A stretch of 64,000 nucleotides of DNA, from the IMG/VR virus record IMGVR_UViG_3300035181_002093, positions 62,001 to 126,000 of that record. The stretch is one strand, 5' to 3'. Source of the stretch: an uncultured virus (IMG/VR IMGVR_UViG_3300035181_002093). Lineage: Duplodnaviria; Heunggongvirae; Uroviricota; Caudoviricetes. The translations under genes and the position numbers were made by a program. The notes below the pieces were generated by a model. It was given only the letters and a program-made list of their open reading frames with translations, was not told the origin of the DNA and ran no database searches. Of the stretch, positions 52,790 to 62,315 are shown one piece after another; positions within the stretch are counted from its first letter, which is position 1, and every line of letters starts with the position of its first letter.

Positions 52790-53251
52790 CTAGAACACAG
52801 ACCCGCGCACGAAGACACGCAAGAATTCGGTGGGCTCCGAACCGACGTTCTTCACTTGGACACGAAAGTAGCGCCCGAAGATGGTGCAGAAGTACTTGCC
52901 GGTGGGACCCTGCTTGGCCGGTTCGTACATCTGCTTGAGGGCCTCCGCGTCGAAGTTCAAGCTCGAGATGTTGTCGTCGGTGACGTAGAAACCCTGCGCG
53001 TCGGTCTCTTCGTTCGAGAACGACAGCGTCATCTCGAGCGGTTGATCCGACGCGACCGAGCCGTAGAACCGTGTGAACGGCTGAGCATCGTGAAACGCTG
53101 AAACGACGGTGCCGGGCTCAAGCGGCTTCTCGAAACGGTTCAGCGTCGAGAACCGAGGCTGTCCAAAAAAGGGCGTCTGATCGGGCGGCGGAGGCTGCAC
53201 CCACGCGAAGATCAGGTTGAAGGAGTTCTTGGGGTAGTGCGTGAACGGCAC
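52790..53251 (-). CDS. Hypothetical protein
   Basis: 153 aa; GGAGG upstream. Confidence 0.65.
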   Translation of the reverse strand: MPFTHYPKNSFNLIFAWVQPPPPDQTPFFGQPRFSTLNRFEKPLEPGTVVSAFHDAQPFTRFYGSVASDQPLEMTLSFSNEETDAQGFYVTDDNISSLNFDAEALKQMYEPAKQGPTGKYFCTIFGRYFRVQVKNVGSEPTEFLRVFVRGSVF

Positions 53252-53252
53252 G

Positions 53253-53573
53253 TCAGCCTCCCAACTCTTCGTCGGTAGGTGAAGGTGTCTTGGGCTCGAG
53301 CAGGTTCAACGAGAGCCCGTTGACGACGAACGCGGTCATCCCAAGCTGTGTGCAATACCAGAACCCCGCCACCGTCACGCGGTCGTCCCAAGACGTGCCT
53401 GCGGCCACATCGAACCACGCCTGTCGATCGAAGCTGATCCACAACGTGTTCGTTCCGGTGTTGCGCATCGAGACCTGCCGCGTGGAGGTCTCGAACTTGT
53501 GATACCGGATGGTCGCACGCGCGACGCATTCGGCCGGCATTGCCTGGCCGGCGTCGGCGTGATGCGACCCCAC
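53253..53573 (-). CDS. Hypothetical protein
   Basis: 106 aa; start uncertain. Confidence 0.6.
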   Translation of the reverse strand: MGSHHADAGQAMPAECVARATIRYHKFETSTRQVSMRNTGTNTLWISFDRQAWFDVAAGTSWDDRVTVAGFWYCTQLGMTAFVVNGLSLNLLEPKTPSPTDEELGG

Positions 53574-53584
53574 CTACGAAGAAC

Positions 53585-54478
53585 TCAGGTGAACGAGACG
53601 CCGGAGCCGCCGTAGCCGACGACGTTCCATGCCGCCCCCGACCACTCGAACTCGATGAAGTCCTTCACGACCGACACGGTGGCGGTTGCGAAGTTGCCTG
53701 CAGTCGCGGGCGTCAGCACGCCGCTGCCGCCGTCGACGGTGTGGAACAGTGTCTTGCGCTGACCTGCGCGCGTGCCGTTCGCGAGGGTCAGCGCGTTGAC
53801 GCCCGTCGACGTGAACAGGGTGGTACGCGTGGTGACGTTGACCGCACCTGCGCCCGACAGCGCCTGAGGCGCGCTGACGAACATCGCGTTGAGCGTCGGG
53901 TTCGGGTAGGTGCCTGCGAGATCACCACCCGCTGCGCCGGACGAGATGGACGCGCTCGAGACCGAGACCCAGGCGTTGGTGCCGGTCTTCATCAGCCACG
54001 CCATGCCGCGGTTGGTGTTGATGACGACGTTGGCGCCGCCGTTGATGGTGCCGGCAGATGCGACCGTGATGGTCACATTGTTCGCGCCAGCGTCGCCCTT
54101 GGCGTCGATGACCTGCACGAGCTGGCCGATCTTCGCGGCGGCCGATAGGACCACCGAAACCGCACCGGGCACGGTCAGGTTGGTCAGGATGGCTTGGTCG
54201 CCAGCGATCCCGTTGTACGGAGACGCCAGCACGGTGCTGATGTGTTCCGGCAGTGTGTCTGCCGACGACGCAGGGTCGTCTGCGACGGTCCACGTGATGT
54301 TCGCCAGGGTCGCTTCGGCGATGAGCTGTGGCTCGATCGACGCGAGCGCCAGGAGCGTCATCGCCAGGTTGGTCACGCTACCGCTAGCGGGAACCGTGAA
54401 AGAGACGCCCGAGAGACCCGAGGGGTCCGCGAGCGCGATCGGGCTGGTGCGAAGATTGGCTACCGTCAGAAGGGGCAT
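53585..54478 (-). CDS. Putative tail fibre/virion appendage protein
   Basis: T/A/G/V-rich; VIDAKGDAGANNVTI and AGGDLAGTYPNPT motifs common in fibres; preceded by the late promoter motif. Confidence 0.65.
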   Translation of the reverse strand: MPLLTVANLRTSPIALADPSGLSGVSFTVPASGSVTNLAMTLLALASIEPQLIAEATLANITWTVADDPASSADTLPEHISTVLASPYNGIAGDQAILTNLTVPGAVSVVLSAAAKIGQLVQVIDAKGDAGANNVTITVASAGTINGGANVVINTNRGMAWLMKTGTNAWVSVSSASISSGAAGGDLAGTYPNPTLNAMFVSAPQALSGAGAVNVTTRTTLFTSTGVNALTLANGTRAGQRKTLFHTVDGGSGVLTPATAGNFATATVSVVKDFIEFEWSGAAWNVVGYGGSGVSFT

Positions 54479-54503
54479 CTGGAACCTCTCGGGGTGTGCA
54501 GGA

Positions 54504-54509
54504 ATTATA
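54504..54509 (-). promoter_or_regulatory. Putative late promoter -10 (CCCCTATAAT on minus strand)
   Basis: ATTATAGGGG on plus strand, 25 nt upstream of ATG 54478. Confidence 0.6.
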
Positions 54510-54565
54510 GGGGATTGGGGTCAAAAAAAGAGATTGCGCCTCGAGGATGGTTTACCGTCGAGAGA

Positions 54566-55444
54566 ATGTCGTTGGTGATCCCCGTTCATGAACAGCACTA
54601 CCCGGACAAGCTCCTCCCCTACCGACTCGAGGAGTACGTCCGGGACGACGGCAGCCCGCCCACACAGAACCGCGCGTACGCCAAGCGGGTGACCGGGCAG
54701 CAGACCTACGACGCCGTCGTCGCCGCGCAGGCCCGTCTGGGCCTGGCCAACATCGACCCCCGCTACTACGTCGGCACGTGCTTCCACGAAGCAGGGTGTG
54801 CCAACGAGTGGGACACCGAGATCGCGAGCGCGTCCTGCCCGCCCGGCTTCCAGAGCGTGGGCGCCTATCAGATCGGCGATGAGGAGGCACGGCGCTACGG
54901 CTACGCGCTCGCGGACATGCTGGACTTCAACAAGGCTACCGAGTGCATGGTCAAGCTGGCCGAGGCGAACCGCAGCCAGCTGCGCCTGTACGCCAAACTT
55001 CCGCCGGGAGCCCCCGATCCCGACTACGGAACGTGGGCGGGCGGAACGATGCGCGCGTACCTGGCGATCGCGCACAACCACGGCACCGGCTACGCACGCC
55101 TGACGATCGCGAAGTATGGCATGGACTGGACCGCGTACAAGACGCGCAACACGACCGACAACGTCGTGACCCACGGCTATGGCGAGGACTGTGTGACGGG
55201 CGGCGCGTACTACCCGACAGCGCCGCCGGCCCCGCAACCGGCACAGCGCACGCTCATGCTGAAGGACCCGCGGATGACGGGACCTGATGTGGCCGACCTG
55301 CAGAAGCACCTGAAGATCTCCAACGATGGGATCTTCGGCGTGGGCACCGACACGGCGGTCCGCAAGTTTCAGCAAGCCAAGGGTCTCGTCATCGACGGCA
55401 TCGTTGGTCCCAAGACGTGGGACGCGATCATGGCTACTTCGTAG
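54566..55444 (+). CDS. Putative endolysin: lysozyme-like domain plus C-terminal peptidoglycan-binding domain
   Basis: HEAG...GAYQI...AHNHG (SLT-like); GPDVADLQ..L..DGIFG..T..AVRKFQ...L..DGIVGPKTW. Confidence 0.8.
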   Translation: MSLVIPVHEQHYPDKLLPYRLEEYVRDDGSPPTQNRAYAKRVTGQQTYDAVVAAQARLGLANIDPRYYVGTCFHEAGCANEWDTEIASASCPPGFQSVGAYQIGDEEARRYGYALADMLDFNKATECMVKLAEANRSQLRLYAKLPPGAPDPDYGTWAGGTMRAYLAIAHNHGTGYARLTIAKYGMDWTAYKTRNTTDNVVTHGYGEDCVTGGAYYPTAPPAPQPAQRTLMLKDPRMTGPDVADLQKHLKISNDGIFGVGTDTAVRKFQQAKGLVIDGIVGPKTWDAIMATS

Positions 55445-55718
55445 CGACGTCCGCCTGGTCACGGTCCGGGTTCGCACGACGGAGCCCGTACAGGATGTAG
55501 ATCGCCGCCGGCTTGCCTGCACGCGTCTTGCGCCGCGCAGCGCGTGCCTCGATGAGCTTCATCGCGGCCAGTTCGTTCACGCGCGCGGATACGCTCTGGT
55601 GCGTGCGCTTCACGACCACCTCGATCTCGTCCGTGGTGGCACCTTCCCACCCCGCCGTCCGGATCACGTTGTAGACCTGCAACTGCAGGTCGCTCAGCTT
55701 GCTTTCGACGTCAGCCAT
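55434..55718 (-). CDS. Winged-HTH DNA-binding protein
   Basis: GATTDEIE...HQSVSARVNEL...RKTRAGK.A.IY. Confidence 0.7.
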   Translation of the reverse strand: MADVESKLSDLQLQVYNVIRTAGWEGATTDEIEVVVKRTHQSVSARVNELAAMKLIEARAARRKTRAGKPAAIYILYGLRRANPDRDQADVATK

Positions 55719-55920
55719 CAGTCTTCTCCTTCGTGGGTTCGTAGCAAGCCGGACATTTGTCCGCGCCGACCGGAACGAGCTGTGACAGGCACCGCGCGCA
55801 GGGCGCGTCCTCGTATGCATGACTCATGTCGAGGAACGCAGTCTCCAGGGCCCACGCGACACGTGCGACCTGATTCATCAGGTCCATGATCGCGACGACG
55901 ACACGATCCTCGTCAGGCAT
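55711..55920 (-). CDS. Small Zn-ribbon protein
   Basis: CARC...CPAC. Confidence 0.5.
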   Translation of the reverse strand: MPDEDRVVVAIMDLMNQVARVAWALETAFLDMSHAYEDAPCARCLSQLVPVGADKCPACYEPTKEKTDG

Positions 55921-56134
55921 CACCGAGCACATTCTTCTCGGCCCACCACATCTTCACGATGAGCTTGCCGGCGTCGTCCTTCTTCCACACCTCTGAGTCG
56001 TCGTGCACGACGGACTTCGGGATCCACTTCTCACCGGCGCCGGCTAGGGCAACCAGGATTGCTTTCTCGGTCTCGCGGGTGACCTTGCCTTCACCCATGT
56101 CATGCGGCTCGTCGCCGCTACTATCCCTTGGCAT
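55913..56134 (-). CDS. Hypothetical protein
   Basis: RETEKAILV...WIPKS phage-type motif; AGGAG upstream. Confidence 0.65.
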   Translation of the reverse strand: MPRDSSGDEPHDMGEGKVTRETEKAILVALAGAGEKWIPKSVVHDDSEVWKKDDAGKLIVKMWWAEKNVLGDA

Positions 56135-56155
56135 GCGTTCTCCTTTCGTTGAATT

Positions 56156-56686
56156 TCACAGCAACACCGACTCGATGGCCTGCACGATGCCCGGCCACGT
56201 GTGCGACGACATCCCTTCCCACAGGTCGCGATCGTTGTACGCACGGCGAAACAAGATGCCTTGGCTCTTGGGCCAGGCGTTCGCCCATGTCACCAACGTC
56301 TCCGTCTTGTCCTCGACGAGGATGTCCCCGAAGATGCCGTGCTTGCGCTTGCTGCGCACGTGAAGGACGTCGTTGATGTCGAACTCCATCTTCTCGACGA
56401 GCCACTGGTCACGCTCGTGCATCCAGTGCTCGCCACCGAACGGCGATGTCACCGCCCAGACGTCGGCGAACTCACGGACGCGCTCGACGCCTTCGCGCGC
56501 GCCCTCGTACGCAGGAATGCCAAGACAGAGACCGGGCTTCTCCATCGCCTTGTAGATAGCCTTGGCCTGCGCGGGCTCGATGTCCAAGGACTTCATGATG
56601 TCCCAGTCCTGGACATCGTCATGCGTGTATCGCTTAAGGGTAGCGGGAAAATACTTCGTACATTTCTTACATAAACGTCGTTTCAA
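56156..56686 (-). pseudogene. 5'(3')-deoxyribonucleotidase (NT5C/HAD-like), N-terminally truncated
   Basis: P.EGA.EGV..., VTSP, R..WL, K...GDILVEDK, YN present; no DxD motif I; N-terminus lies in an AT-rich patch. Confidence 0.65.
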
Positions 56687-56875
56687 GACGTCGCTCCGTA
56701 TGACGTAATAATGACTTCAGGAACAGGGGTTTATGCCGCAAGCGTCAACTGCGGACCAAAAAACAACTCGGGGCGAGCAAGCGCCAGGACCATCGTCCCT
56801 TGTGCCATCGCCACCACGCGAATGCCCGCCCATGCAAGTAGGCATGTTCGGCGAGCACGCGCGCGATGTCGGAGG

Positions 56876-57106
56876 TCACGGCTTGCGTTCCTCATCGGTC
56901 AGCTCGCTTTTGAAGGCGAACAGCTTATCCAGTTCGTCCGCGAATCCGATGAGTGCTTGCGAGGTAGCCGCTTCAACAGTCTCGTCGATAGCGTGATACC
57001 AGTACGCGCGCGTGCGAAGGCGCTTGGCCAGTTGGAACATCTGCCCAACGGACACAGCTCGCGACATCATCGGAGGCTGCCACATCTGTTCGTCATCGTC
57101 GGTCAC
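56876..57106 (-). CDS. Hypothetical protein
   Basis: 76 aa in an overlapping chain. Confidence 0.5.
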   Translation of the reverse strand: MTDDDEQMWQPPMMSRAVSVGQMFQLAKRLRTRAYWYHAIDETVEAATSQALIGFADELDKLFAFKSELTDEERKP

Positions 57107-57405
57107 GGTGCGACAGGTGCAAAGTCCAAGTAGTCGAGAAGCGTCTTCGGCGGCTCGCCGTCACTGCTCAGCAAGAACACGGACACGCCCTCGTCCTTGA
57201 GCTTGCCCACCGCCCACCCCGCCGCGGCTCGCGGCGTCGTGAACCCCATCTGTCCCACGTGCACCGCGCGTCGGACTGGCATCATCGGATGCGTCGGGGT
57301 GAGCACGATGGTTGCGGACCAACGTCCGTTGTTGCCGTCGAGAAGGACTTCCCAGTTCTGACACTGGGCAGCCCACAAACCTTCGGGAAGTTTCGAAGCG
57401 AGCAT
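57103..57405 (-). CDS. Hypothetical protein
   Basis: 100 aa; AGGA upstream. Confidence 0.6.
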   Translation of the reverse strand: MLASKLPEGLWAAQCQNWEVLLDGNNGRWSATIVLTPTHPMMPVRRAVHVGQMGFTTPRAAAGWAVGKLKDEGVSVFLLSSDGEPPKTLLDYLDFAPVAP

Positions 57406-57406
57406 G

Positions 57407-57628
57407 TTAGGTCCTTTCTTCGTCGTCCGAGATTCGGATGACGATGGGTTGTTCGAGAGGGTTGTCGACGGGCGTTAGCTCGTCGTCTTCATCTTCCTGC
57501 TCGCCTTCAAGCAGAAGGCGAACCTGAAACTCCGTAGCCAGTGCTGCTTTGACTGTCCGAGCAACCGCCAGAACTTCTTCTGACGACTGCTCCGGCAAGC
57601 AAAGCAAGACGCGGCGGCGGCGTCGCAT
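57407..57628 (-). CDS. Hypothetical protein
   Basis: 73 aa; TGATG coupling. Confidence 0.5.
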   Translation of the reverse strand: MRRRRRVLLCLPEQSSEEVLAVARTVKAALATEFQVRLLLEGEQEDEDDELTPVDNPLEQPIVIRISDDEERT

Positions 57629-57954
57629 CAGTGCACCAAGCGCATGTGTTTCATCAGGCCGTCTCGTTGACGGTCGTAGAGCACATACGTATCGTGGTCA
57701 TCACTGATGCCCGCGACTTGAAATTCACCCCTCTTACGCGACCCGTCGCGCAAGAAGACTTCGATCTCGTACATGACGCTGTCGTCCGCGTGCTGAGGGC
57801 ACTGATGGACGGTCACCGCGCGTACGTCCTCGACGCCTACGTCTCCAACCAGCTCCCGCACGCGAACCGGAACCGCGAACGCCACAGGGAGTTCGCAGCG
57901 CAGACCCGCTTGTAGGAGCTGGTTGCTCAGGCAGTTGAACTCGTTGGTGCTCAC
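57628..57954 (-). CDS. Hypothetical protein
   Basis: 108 aa. Confidence 0.55.
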   Translation of the reverse strand: MSTNEFNCLSNQLLQAGLRCELPVAFAVPVRVRELVGDVGVEDVRAVTVHQCPQHADDSVMYEIEVFLRDGSRKRGEFQVAGISDDHDTYVLYDRQRDGLMKHMRLVH

Positions 57955-57968
57955 TGCCTAAGTGTAGG

Positions 57969-58238
57969 TCACGGGGACGCCGGAAGGGGATCTCGATCCC
58001 CTAACACCACTTCGTCGATCTGCTCCTCGGTGAGCTTGCGCTCCTCGATGCACAAGGCCTCGACGTGCCGTGCGATGCGGTGGACGTGTCGGATCAAGAA
58101 GAGCAGCGCCTCTTCTTCCGTGGTGCCGCCTGCATGAAGAACCTCACGGTTGTTCACGTAGAGCACCTTGAAGATGCGGTCGCCGTCCTGCTCCGTCTCG
58201 ATGCGCGGCTTTGACGAGGGTTTGAGAATCCTCGCCAC
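57969..58238 (-). CDS. Hypothetical protein
   Basis: 89 aa. Confidence 0.55.
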   Translation of the reverse strand: MARILKPSSKPRIETEQDGDRIFKVLYVNNREVLHAGGTTEEEALLFLIRHVHRIARHVEALCIEERKLTEEQIDEVVLGDRDPLPASP

Positions 58239-58241
58239 GGC

Positions 58242-59909
58242 TCAAGCCTTCTTCCCGACGAAGGCCCCCTCAAAGACCTTCGCGAGGACGCCCTCGTCCT
58301 TCTCGTCCTTCGACAACATGTTGTCGAGCGCGTTACGCGCGTCCGACACGATGTCGTAGACGAGGCGCTTCGCCGCGACCTCACTGCGGTCCGACCCGTC
58401 GACTGCCTTGAGCGTTTCGCCCAATGCGTTCGTCGTGAACCGGCGGGTGTCGTTGTCGTAGACGACCGTTCCCACGACATCGCCCGCATCGAGCAGGCTC
58501 CACTCGCGCGGATGCTCGACGTTGTCCCGCGTGCGGAACTTCACGGTCACCAACCACTGGAGGGGCGTGGCCGGGTTCTTCGACGCAACGTACGCCGGCT
58601 GGGCTTCCATGCCCGCCTGCGTCAGCGGCACACGCACGTTCCGCGCCTTGAGCGACACTCCCGTACGGATCAGCGCCTCGTCTTCGAGTTTCGCACCAAC
58701 GCACTTGATGCAGAACGTGTCTGACTGCCAGCTGCCCGCCATCGACTCGCCGCACGCCTGGCAATCGCCTGCCGAGTGCACTTCGTCGCCGTCGTCGACG
58801 TCCACATACGACGCGGGGTCAACATCGTGCGACGTGCCCCACAGCTCCTCGGTACCCTTCGCGCACAGGAAGTTCCCACGCGTCCAGAGGTGCGGCTGGC
58901 CCGGAGCGTTTGCCGGCGTGATGTCCTTCTGAACCGAAGCCTGCTTGGGCGCCGCGCGATCCCACATCGGCTTCGTCTCACGCATGAACGCCTCGTGCTC
59001 CGCCTGCGCAGCTTGCTCCTGTGCGGCATACCGTACCTGTGCCGCGCGCAGGGACTCCTCGTACTTCGTACGCAAAGATTCCTCGTACTTCTCCTGCTCC
59101 TGCTCCTGCGCCGCGCGCCGAGTCTGCGCCGAACGAGAGCGCATCAAGTAGAGCGTCGAATCGAGAAGCGCGAAGAGCAGCAGCGTGCCCCAGCTGCCGG
59201 TCGCCACGCACCAGACGTAGAACGCGAAGCTGCTCGCGCCCCGCACCTGGAGATACGACAGCACGATGAACGTCGCGACGTAGAGTGCGGTGGCCGCGCT
59301 CGCCATGCACGCCACGACCACCAGAGCGCCTGCTGCCGTGTACAGCACCGCACGCCCGATGCGTGCAATGATCTCGAGACCGCGCAGCGTGAACCGCGCC
59401 GCCTTCGAGTGGCCTTCTGCAGCCTCGAGCGCCTGGAGAGCGCGCGCGAGAAGCAGCGTGAGAACGGCCGTACCTGCGAGCACGAGGATCGTCGTGACCG
59501 GCGCGATGGCCGCACCGACGAAGAGCAGCGTGACCGCCACAACACCGAGCACCACCTGGCAGATGGGCTTGAGCGACCATTGCCAGAGCTTGCCGAAGAA
59601 GTTCGTGACGGGCTTCGCCGCGTACTTCGCACGGTACATCATGTACTGCGCGTACTTCGGGGTCCAGCGCAGCGCCGGAACAACCTTCTTCGCGACCTTC
59701 GTGAGCGCCGCCGCCATGCGCTTCGCGAGGCTCTTGGTCGTCCGTCCGATCGCCTTGAACGGCTTCGCGATGAACGCCGCGGTCTTCTTGGCCGCAGTCT
59801 TGATACGCGTCCAGATGGACGGCTTGTTGTTGGTGGCGGGAACCTCCGCCTTGGTGTCCATCTTCGGGATGGACGTCCGATTCGATGCCGTAGCAGTAGC
59901 CTTGGACAT
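58242..59909 (-). CDS. Multi-TM membrane protein with basic amphipathic N-terminus and Zn-finger-like C-terminal region
   Basis: K-rich helix, about 5-6 hydrophobic segments, coiled coil, CQAC...CIKC; AAGGAG upstream. Confidence 0.75.
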   Translation of the reverse strand: MSKATATASNRTSIPKMDTKAEVPATNNKPSIWTRIKTAAKKTAAFIAKPFKAIGRTTKSLAKRMAAALTKVAKKVVPALRWTPKYAQYMMYRAKYAAKPVTNFFGKLWQWSLKPICQVVLGVVAVTLLFVGAAIAPVTTILVLAGTAVLTLLLARALQALEAAEGHSKAARFTLRGLEIIARIGRAVLYTAAGALVVVACMASAATALYVATFIVLSYLQVRGASSFAFYVWCVATGSWGTLLLFALLDSTLYLMRSRSAQTRRAAQEQEQEKYEESLRTKYEESLRAAQVRYAAQEQAAQAEHEAFMRETKPMWDRAAPKQASVQKDITPANAPGQPHLWTRGNFLCAKGTEELWGTSHDVDPASYVDVDDGDEVHSAGDCQACGESMAGSWQSDTFCIKCVGAKLEDEALIRTGVSLKARNVRVPLTQAGMEAQPAYVASKNPATPLQWLVTVKFRTRDNVEHPREWSLLDAGDVVGTVVYDNDTRRFTTNALGETLKAVDGSDRSEVAAKRLVYDIVSDARNALDNMLSKDEKDEGVLAKVFEGAFVGKKA

Positions 59910-59955
59910 GACCGTCAGGTCTCCTTGGTCCGTCAGGACCGTTAGAATTGTGTCG

Positions 59956-60027
59956 AGCCCCTCGTAGGAATTGAACCCACGACCTGCTGATTACAAATCA
60001 GCTGCTCTACCTCTGAGCTAGAAGGGC
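59956..60027 (-). tRNA. tRNA-Thr(UGU)
   Basis: GCCCTTC/GAGGGGC acceptor, GCTC/GAGC D arm, GCTGA-TT TGT AA-TCAGC, GTGGG TTCAATT CCTAC; no encoded CCA. Confidence 0.92.
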
Positions 60028-60539
60028 CGGGCCATTATGGCCTAGTTAGTTCGCGTTCGGTGACACGTCTCGCGTCTCGCTCATCCGCGCATGCATTGCC
60101 ACCCTCGACGTCAGGCCTGCCATGAACAGCGCGACCTGAATCTTCAGCTCTGCCGCTGTCGAGTCCGCACGCACGATGGCAACCACGACGTCAAGGAGCA
60201 TGTGCGCAACCGGCATCACGACGACCGCATCGCTGATGAAGCCTACTACCATGTCGCGGTTGGTGAGCTTTGCGAACTTGAGCGCCGCGACGACGACGTG
60301 GTCGAGCGCGTCTTTTGTTTCATCGCAAATCCCGCGGTACGCAGCATGTTGATTGCTTGATCTCGTTCACGCGACATCGAATGAACGAGCACCGGCAAAT
60401 CTGGGTCGAGCGTCTCGACCATCTTCCGAGCGATGTCCAGCCCGGTTAGCGGTTTCTCTCGGCTGTTTCGCTTGTTCTATTAGCGGAGGTCTCGGATATC
60501 CATGTAGATATCACCTCCTTTCTTGGCCAGCCGGGCCTT

Positions 60540-60752
60540 CTAGGGAGTGAAGACGATCTTCGAGTCGCCGTGAACCCGGGTTCCAGGGTCCAGGGTTACA
60601 ACCCCGTCCACCGAGACCCTGCCTCGCAGGATGGCCTTCTTGGCCTTCCCTTTAGATAGCTTCATGTCTTCGGAGACCGCGTCGATGAGTGCGAACGTGA
60701 TGACCCGAGACATCGCCTCGAGCGTCGGCTTCATTGGAGGACGATATGCCAT
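60540..60752 (-). CDS. S4 RNA-binding domain protein
   Basis: [30 protein letters not shown]. Confidence 0.75.
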   Translation of the reverse strand: MAYRPPMKPTLEAMSRVITFALIDAVSEDMKLSKGKAKKAILRGRVSVDGVVTLDPGTRVHGDSKIVFTP

Positions 60753-61519
60753 GGCATCGACCCAACAGGGTCAATGGGCGACCCCACGCTCGTCATCGCG
60801 TGTAGTTGTGTACCCAGGCTCGAGGACATACAACTCCCGCCTCCTGTCGAGAACGACTGGACAGCCAAGTTTCCCGTCAGGGACGCGGATGCCGTGTACA
60901 AGGCGTTGCCGAAGCCGATGTACACGTAGTCGTCGTTGGCCACATAGCCGTGCCCAGGCACGGCGTACGGCGTACCTGTGCAGTTGTTGTTGGTGTAGTA
61001 CACCGGTTGGGTGGTGTGGTTCATCGGAACGATGAGCCCATCAGGCACCAGCGTGTACTGGTCACCTTGAGAGATGTACGCCTCTTGGCCAGGCGTCGCG
61101 CTCAGCAAGACGCCGAGACGAGCCCCGCCGTAATCGAACACTACGGCACCCGGGCCTACGGGGCCTACGGGGCCCACGCTGCCCTTGGGCCCCTGCGGCC
61201 CGGCAGAGCCTTGAGGGCCTTGAGCGCCCGTTGCGCCTTGCGACCCCGTCGCGCCAGGACTGCCTGCGGGACCTTGTGGACCCATCGGTCCTACCGCACC
61301 CGTGGCACCCGTGGCACCCGTGGCGCCTTGAAGCCCCTGAGGACCTTGCAGGCCTTGCGCCCCCTGAGGGCCTTGCGGCCCCTGCGGCCCCGCCGAGCCC
61401 TGCGGCCCCGCCGAGCCTTGCGGGCCCTCAGGTCCCGGATCACCCATCGTACCGTTGGCGCCAGCACCTGCGGGGCTACACGCTGAAACCAGAACCAGGC
61501 AGAGGAAGACTGTCTTCAT
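60731..61519 (-). CDS. Collagen-like lipoprotein
   Basis: Lipobox LVSAC; about 33 consecutive G-X-Y triplets; globular C-terminus. Confidence 0.85.
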   Translation of the reverse strand: MKTVFLCLVLVSACSPAGAGANGTMGDPGPEGPQGSAGPQGSAGPQGPQGPQGAQGLQGPQGLQGATGATGATGAVGPMGPQGPAGSPGATGSQGATGAQGPQGSAGPQGPKGSVGPVGPVGPGAVVFDYGGARLGVLLSATPGQEAYISQGDQYTLVPDGLIVPMNHTTQPVYYTNNNCTGTPYAVPGHGYVANDDYVYIGFGNALYTASASLTGNLAVQSFSTGGGSCMSSSLGTQLHAMTSVGSPIDPVGSMPWHIVLQ

Positions 61520-61596
61520 GATGAACCTTGAGCGGATGTTTATGCCGCATACCCTTCACATCCTTATGCCCGATTCCAGAGGTCAGTTTAGCCCCC

Positions 61597-61625
61597 TTGA
61601 CAGGGGCGGGGAGCCGCCCTACCGT
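61597..61625 (+). promoter_or_regulatory. Sigma-70-type promoter TTGACA-17-TACCGT
   Basis: Perfect -35 and 17-bp spacer, upstream of the Pth2/tRNA cluster. Confidence 0.65.
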
Positions 61626-61684
61626 AGGGACACAAATGCATCGACCGTAAGGATTCGCCGGCGTCGCCGGTCAGCTCTCCCTCC

Positions 61685-61738
61685 CAGGTTCTCTATGTCG
61701 TCGTGCGCTCGGATCTCCCCCACGGGGTGCAGGTCGCG
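61685..61738 (+). pseudogene. Remnant 5' end of a second Pth2-like gene
   Basis: [18 protein letters not shown] versus KVLYTVIRNDLPHGVQMA in the intact copy. Confidence 0.75.
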
Positions 61739-61951
61739 CTACCGCCGGTGAGGACAGGTCCCGCTGATGCCGATGGCGAGGTTGCAGTTCATGCAAAGCA
61801 CGCGGTACCCACTCGGGTAGCCGTTGTTCTTCAACCACAAGGCGAAACTCGCGGCCTTGCCACGCAGGGACTCTCGATGCTTGCCGCCCCCGCCGTCGAT
61901 GTGGAGGAGTTGTGGGATCGACAAGACCTGCTTCCGGGTGAGCTTGCGCAT
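61739..61951 (-). pseudogene. Truncated HNH endonuclease, paralogous to 1575-2081
   Basis: HIDGGGGKHR...WLKNNGYPSGYRVLCMNCN...CPH; lacks the N-terminal CxCC. Confidence 0.75.
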
Positions 61952-61989
61952 CGTGCCACGCTACCGTGTAGCGAAGGTCGCGTGTGGTC

Positions 61990-62307
61990 ATGAGCGACGA
62001 GCAACCCAAGGTCCTGTATACGGTGATCCGCAACGATCTTCCGCACGGCGTCCAGATGGCGCAGGTGTGCCACGCTGCCTCCGAGGCTTCAGGCTACCCG
62101 CCGACGATCGTCATCGCGCTCGCGGTACCCGATGAGGCCTCGTTGCGGCGTATCGCGCTCGCGCTAGGCGAGCAGTCGCTGACCTACAAGCTCATCGTCG
62201 AGGACGCCGGCCCGTTTGCGGGTCAGGCAATGGCCCTCGGCTTGCCCCCGTCCACGGATCGCAAGGCGATCGGAAAGGTCACGAGTGCCTTGCCCCTCGT
62301 GAAGTAA
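61990..62307 (+). CDS. Peptidyl-tRNA hydrolase 2 (Pth2)-like protein
   Basis: LYTVIRNDL..G..MAQVCHA, V.DE..L, IVEDAG, ALGL.P, LPL. Confidence 0.8.
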   Translation: MSDEQPKVLYTVIRNDLPHGVQMAQVCHAASEASGYPPTIVIALAVPDEASLRRIALALGEQSLTYKLIVEDAGPFAGQAMALGLPPSTDRKAIGKVTSALPLVK

Positions 62308-62315
62308 CCCTCTTT

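Noticed and set aside
59956..60027. tRNA-Thr as a prophage attachment site
   Set aside because: Phage-like genes lie on both sides; no integrase or duplicated tRNA 3' end in the window.
60046..60530. Short ORFs or an ncRNA between tRNA-Thr and the S4 gene
   Set aside because: No convincing start/RBS, motif or stable fold could be supported by eye.
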